Source: a bacterium
Lineage (GTDB): Bacteria; Margulisbacteria; Marinamargulisbacteria; UBA817; JABISL01
Reading direction: 5' to 3'
Length of the DNA stretch: 64,000 nt
NCBI GenBank assembly: GCA_018700055.1
Contig: JABISL010000050.1
Location: 99,946 to 163,945, forward strand
In this document: positions 62,101 through 64,000 of the stretch, in pieces
How the letters are laid out: each line of letters begins with the position of its first letter
How positions within the stretch are numbered: the first letter of the stretch is position 1
Notes under the pieces: generated by a model
Told to the model about the DNA's origin: nothing
The model's input: only the letters and a program-made list of their open reading frames with translations
Database searches by the model: none
Translations under genes and position numbers: made by a program

Positions 62101-64000
62101 GTTGATCATATTGTTTAATCTCTTTTGAATAATCTGGGCCAAGTTTTTCATACGCTGCAATCGCGGCTTCTCCTTCTCTTCTGACCTTTATGAGTTCTTG
62201 ATTGACCGCTTTATGTTTAGGGGTGCCTTGCTTGCACCCGTCTAACCTTTTCGATAATAGATCCGCCCTTTCATGAGATTTTTTAATCTCGGCCTTTAGC
62301 GTTCTAGCCGTATCATTATAGGTTCTAATCAGCCCTTTAAGGTTTTGCATATCCTGTCCGTAAGAAATCCTGATCTGAGGCTCTACGTTTTGTTCTGGGC
62401 GACGAACTGTCTTGGATCTAATCACAGTTGTTGAATAAAGAGTCGATGCCGGACGGGGCCTAGCACTAGTAATATTTTGTGCCTGAGTGGCTTTGCCTGG
62501 CGCCACTGTTATTTGTAATGCGGTTGCCTGATACGTAGATTGATAAGTGCTTAGTTTGGCTGTTGGATATTGATCTAATTGGCGCTTGGCCTTCTGTTCC
62601 GCCTTGGTTAGCGGCGAAGAGACACGCTTCGATTTTTTTACCCCAACTACTTGGGTTGCACTCTTTATCATATTGAGTCGGTTATTTGCGACGCCTTGTA
62701 GTGCCGGGAGGACGTCCTCTTTTGGTATGTAGTATTCAGCATTAACTCTACGTGAGACATTATGCTTCTCAACAAATTTTCCCTTTTCGCTAAGTCCATT
62801 TAAAGTAGCCCCATCCCCATATTGAGTCTGAATATATTGGGAAAAGGACTCACGAATGCTCAGTCCTTTGGCCAGCTCATGAGGGGTATAAGGTTGCCCG
62901 TTTTTATCTAGAAGGGAGGGCACAATTACTTGGTCAATATCAGCGTTCTTTAGCAACCCATTTAACTCGGCGAGTGGGAGTGTTTTCACCCAACCTTCCA
63001 TCACCCTTACTTGCTCATTAACGACCACCTGTTCAGCCTTCTCATAACTCGTAATGGCTTGATTGATTTGAGCGCTTTGGGTTCGTGCTGCTCCGGCATA
63101 TCTATCATGTTTATCCTTTATAAGTCCCCATTTTCCTTTTCTGTTGGATGAAATCTTAAATGTATTCAAATCCAAAACAGGACTAGTTAACGTATCGAGA
63201 ACCGTTGGTTCTGGCAGGGCCTGATCATGCTTGGTATTTGCAACCTCAGTGATTTTGGTTTTGATCTCATCAAGTTTGGCTTGTTTGAGTTCCGCGAACT
63301 GCTGGCTGTTGGTTTTGAATTCTTGGATAGCGGCTCGTTTATCTTTCAAAAGAACTGAATCTTCCTCATTCTGAGCCGCCAATTCTTGAGCCGTGACGTT
63401 AAGTTGGGCGAGTACATCTTTCATATTGGCTAGACCGTGAATCACACTCTCCCACTGATTTTCACAACCCGTATATGTTGCAAGTGTTTCCTGTAATGCA
63501 TCGAGTTGGTCGGATATCGTTTTTTTGGTTTCTATGGGCACTTGGTTATGCCGAGCCAAAAGATTGTTCTTATAGGTATTAAGTGCATTTACTGTATCGG
63601 CAAGCTCTAGATTAAGCTTGGGGTTTGGTGGAGGAGTTATAAAAGACTCGGCTGTAGTAATCAAGTCATTAAATGCGACAATTTCCCGCTTTATCCTTAT
63701 TTGCACACCCTTATGACCTTGTATTTCTTGTTCAAAATGGCTTAATCCGTCTTCTGCCGACTGAATATCGGCATCCGAGATGGTAGGGGCGGGGGCGTTA
63801 TTGATTGCATTCATCTGATCAGATAATTGAGTGAGTAATGTGGATTTTTCTTGGAATCGATTATGGGCAGCTTTTTGCTCATCTACAGTCTGAGTAGCCT
63901 TTGCATGATCTGAGAGAAATGTTGCCACTCTCGATTCATAATCGCTCTTTTTCGTTAAGAATACTTTGGCTTCGTCCGCATTGTTAAATGTCTGCCATGT
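53165..64000 (-). CDS. Giant multidomain protein (>3,587 aa; N-terminus lies beyond the window) with coiled-coil N-terminal region, embedded SF2 helicase-like ATPase core, Gln/Glu-rich tract and Ser/Pro/Gln-rich C-terminal tail
   Basis: The frame stays open from 63928 to the window edge (the ORF-track start is a GTG, not a true N-terminus). Walker A GIAGTGSGKSS, DEAD box LITDEADAVN, motif VI QMMGRAGRMD. Confidence 0.7.
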   Translation of the reverse strand, partial: TWQTFNNADEAKVFLTKKSDYESRVATFLSDHAKATQTVDEQKAAHNRFQEKSTLLTQLSDQMNAINNAPAPTISDADIQSAEDGLSHFEQEIQGHKGVQIRIKREIVAFNDLITTAESFITPPPNPKLNLELADTVNALNTYKNNLLARHNQVPIETKKTISDQLDALQETLATYTGCENQWESVIHGLANMKDVLAQLNVTAQELAAQNEEDSVLLKDKRAAIQEFKTNSQQFAELKQAKLDEIKTKITEVANTKHDQALPEPTVLDTLTSPVLDLNTFKISSNRKGKWGLIKDKHDRYAGAARTQSAQINQAITSYEKAEQVVVNEQVRVMEGWVKTLPLAELNGLLKNADIDQVIVPSLLDKNGQPYTPHELAKGLSIRESFSQYIQTQYGDGATLNGLSEKGKFVEKHNVSRRVNAEYYIPKEDVLPALQGVANNRLNMIKSATQVVGVKKSKRVSSPLTKAEQKAKRQLDQYPTAKLSTYQSTYQATALQITVAPGKATQAQNITSARPRPASTLYSTTVIRSKTVRRPEQNVEPQIRISYGQDMQNLKGLIRTYNDTARTLKAEIKKSHERADLLSKRLDGCKQGTPKHKAVNQELIKVRREGEAAIAAYEKLGPDYSKEIKQYDQHVAAHKADIKAYMSSMTQHLKKSAQKPDQLQAAMGAITRLTETLIEEASGLQSEWVEMDLTSEFQQLQQTITQIHFNYRAEFNGSDSALKNTVTYQQNLLTLAFCIQHKVEILGIAHILAQLDQLPRTSFSGERIRVAMEGAARIPSYNDIVGPIKANSQKDIDQLRTNTKALNKAASFAEIEAITQQKVNRVDGLLLYGTKMSQMTTAAILLSDPFIKWSDNYKKDVQLVPMARDLSIVTNFEKGVRIQVGNKAYIPNNIRVTQKEGAYRVKYDEDTLTANPEILMQLGHFSDSHSMEIFLKRLGVQSAKIAFFNTTNKGLVLHELVSWAKANPQDMKKLDIAEMFFQKMTENDILGNSNELTPYTMSALVEVCDNAIPINMAGNYSKALQTLYFAKLACQKGMQSANGNVRHIALNALGKFNAEWNQVMTTLARKSGGKAQFLQGTYRLMDLSHQLVNQETTVGERVDITMQILKAKENIEASRDELIDPKTGSLPKELAHLAAQATMAFTRLEPMLSKIVEAKILTNTDLLNKALPLAAINGIELPVNTSSSNQWTNLGSGVFSANKGSLVWNIYDGLLVDGRPLTRPPLEVTNSAVYKALYGNKKIPLARGYAKPNTDAARFNLYRAKDNDTLFYSPLNAADGELVIQRTYASFGDIQFMAPKDHPPGIPQSILDTHHCWKVVDPNIGSRIILMDKQAGPNAQVDYAISDDGVIRRAEDGAVLQTTNPDALAIKVMRTIERELSNIQVWQPPGNTPTEVLLPRLKERFLVNGTQLLRVTQDPKTGAQVNESVTEIHLKDGPAMISLENTVSHAKRTLIPNVKGNPPKLWTYNGSATQVDRLQSSSRVQQWEVAQILAEDGGITEALKCLSSTPTNRKLTTEEIDWINNLATTSGSKPVQYQAMVAMIVFKALSQGALYNSEKQLKALNGFAIYMVCNTVLKDEKNGENGDMYQALRDHQWATTKAQGLGVLVEFGDCLGLDPSKLENLKTIQGYTTNQGSRLSKWRTINKELGQVIDNGGTPDWKGHTDQLMANWATRSLNETEEEWVMSLSNIGSGIDHSKMMLQFFSQLLHRNYTQALPSQQIVDAAKNHFVAVVANYGKEDLRDSASTKLDLKMLVQMGEWLSNNSQLEIMPYTSDPIDPDIKYQNDVNRYIAGKTSELKQNTGTDAPRNEGLLTWAEGYTRTVATALTGIPGWTSQTNYSQAQLKGMKSELTKQGALETEEKGRIEADMKAILSVAAVTSNAQKKEWSIDDILKIVLREEEGLWELDPTLVLHDQDRQRVVNLAMRYLIVDTDHNHRKQCISQVDRLIAPPSVFQNVVSNEAHTELNQYLDRPRGYRLDRLLERGDDPVMQKLLLSFMGMEHANGFRGTPEQAALVIRLVAGAVDDFQYLLTDPSSSSSQVDIGIAGTGSGKSSQAVPALLAAHKRSILISPLADVTAQEINENTKGLVRHLEVISIAPPSKSDAKRSLPYIRHLHSLFVRDAGFSYAMAPTALKSLNNLNNIILHEKNKTGAGTEAAKLLGEIMVALKNTTLITDEADAVNAATQTLRETYNDAQSREPSNLNQDQASILSGLVDQFTARAKQHRIIATPGSGYRLMPGNPQAVTQLQEALFNDMLPTIHSGLANTTVDGLMKQDVGSLNNVTLKDLFTALMTGTLVTAQGRGRKLSDNETSFIEETLFKDVMGPNNPQLKQIKEQVLFAIASIKSLTSQLGQEVDRHYGVRDQIYATGLDGGEKTANQYSEIEDVAFATFNSLMAKGITTDAQYKHFIGYMAEEYVAYLNHPNPMIVSIAEQINEQIEATASETSDIIKMMMTPAMKQEILPELNKDPAALRVVWETIIKTGIPRSKRVFVTTPNDMRHMVKADYGLTATGDLLQEYDREVAEDTSAAERMDLLRTNNNNRTETLTAVDDNYDSQTLFNNMATRVSESFGTDHPIQVVLDARKSFAKSDEDMAKAFLQLLNGTNNRIKLDGVVIRYVPPEGGEAIKKVVIPKRGNNGQVTYEVIDYKTLLGRKDPDFDPKKQNYIIFGGPKATRGFSAPEVLQMNHRLLANCDMETLSQDELNQMMGRAGRMDKKRGQTHAMYEFIVPNSTLKTLQGLAGKGLTRGNLIAAAAINSQKVLRTNHMMRETEPVLEALFLKVAGESRATNVEGDYSNEQSQFSTYSEDAFEAYQTVNQPPTYASLMTKLKAKYTEKIKALNVTQSDQQRFMTEMNKALNYREKKLKEQGLLNERMKDDGTPKMTQEQVQEQEGQEQELELDTTQEAVTQVETQQEAMGQTQEQMETQVQNQQSLDIFGDSPRSIEGVPHAERPLSQDSLFGPMVPITAKTGGKVVNVRNAQISILGLNGHSKNVFGHQRLSQIGGSAFRFEELNDFAVSKSFADLAESDAIVATPRYLLMDKREDKKNGGNPIKMVLLSPREASSLIDQETLPEGLSLIDIQERCILKSDDPSAIGKPFEWSDWIKSIGGRPQVDSEKERAHNNVVANYKQAHATMMSANRKFEEAKEVHKAYNDNVGRNLEDNNRGQSRKKGEKNPENIFNAASTAKQTAENEYKKAYQAKEENVPGWKVASALRTEYDNHEATWQRILLFAGRLNQSDMATGAPWLTDWGNESIQAIDNQRAYLKANGLDGNVSGLHNRDESRTLTVNIKLNINKKRMTAITYSLTKKGQRENFRQYALVEVNKNEELGGNYVGLEVRDMKPNPSNTSYKGDEYDIPLEPLPIYLLHNSYTNTLERRGGNSDKSDGWAKGYMKAQVDYLKRVSNGQSPGAVPTVPAPVVIPEASSQSASSQPSPQTTPRQIPTKTPVVNHSNNQGMMNSQSEGGLPNNSLSNPNATRPSKISVKQAGSVLGANQQGDAAMSATRRLNTLGSAPGRSGVSIDDAKRTAADLRAAQTGQTFHAPNTLGGVKGHAQTPSSDQFYTKQFAQQQQAAQHNTQFVDLQSVDPSKLKMVRPGSAALGGRNRAGYQ

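Overview
This 64 kb window looks like a chromosomal segment from a Gram-negative bacterium. Hallmarks include lipid A and LPS export genes (lpxB, a FabZ-like::LpxA fusion, an LptD/OstA-like protein), the LL-diaminopimelate route (dapL-dapF), a tig-clpP-clpX-lon cluster, AddAB, UvrA, DnaB and a UvrD/PcrA helicase. An M4 metalloprotease with a type-IX-secretion-style C-terminal sorting domain, and start codons that mostly lack Shine-Dalgarno sequences, suggest an FCB-group-like lineage. That lineage call is low-confidence inference. The core gene calls rest on unambiguous motifs read from the supplied translations. The accessory content is: (i) a ~4.5 kb integrase-bearing element inserted into the 3' end of tRNA-Arg(TCT), with a 48-bp attL/attR duplication and cargo of an HTH regulator, Xis, Int and a RhuM::Doc/Fic protein. 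(ii) A >1,360-aa gene split by a 1-nt indel in an A6 homopolymer, separating a transglutaminase-like Cys..His..Asp core across two ORFs. (iii) A giant (>3,587 aa, 5' end outside the window) protein with an embedded DEAD/GRAGR SF2 helicase core and low-complexity tails. (iv) A Lon homolog whose protease Ser-Lys dyad is replaced (Ser to Trp, Lys to Glu) while the AAA+ module is intact. (v) A ThiS-like beta-grasp domain fused to an LplA/LipB-type catalytic domain. (vi) An operon of two tandem glycine-rich paralogs plus a fatty-acid-hydroxylase-family enzyme. (vii) Several intergenic repeats. No CRISPR array or rRNA was found. Two tRNAs are present (Gly-GCC, Arg-TCT).
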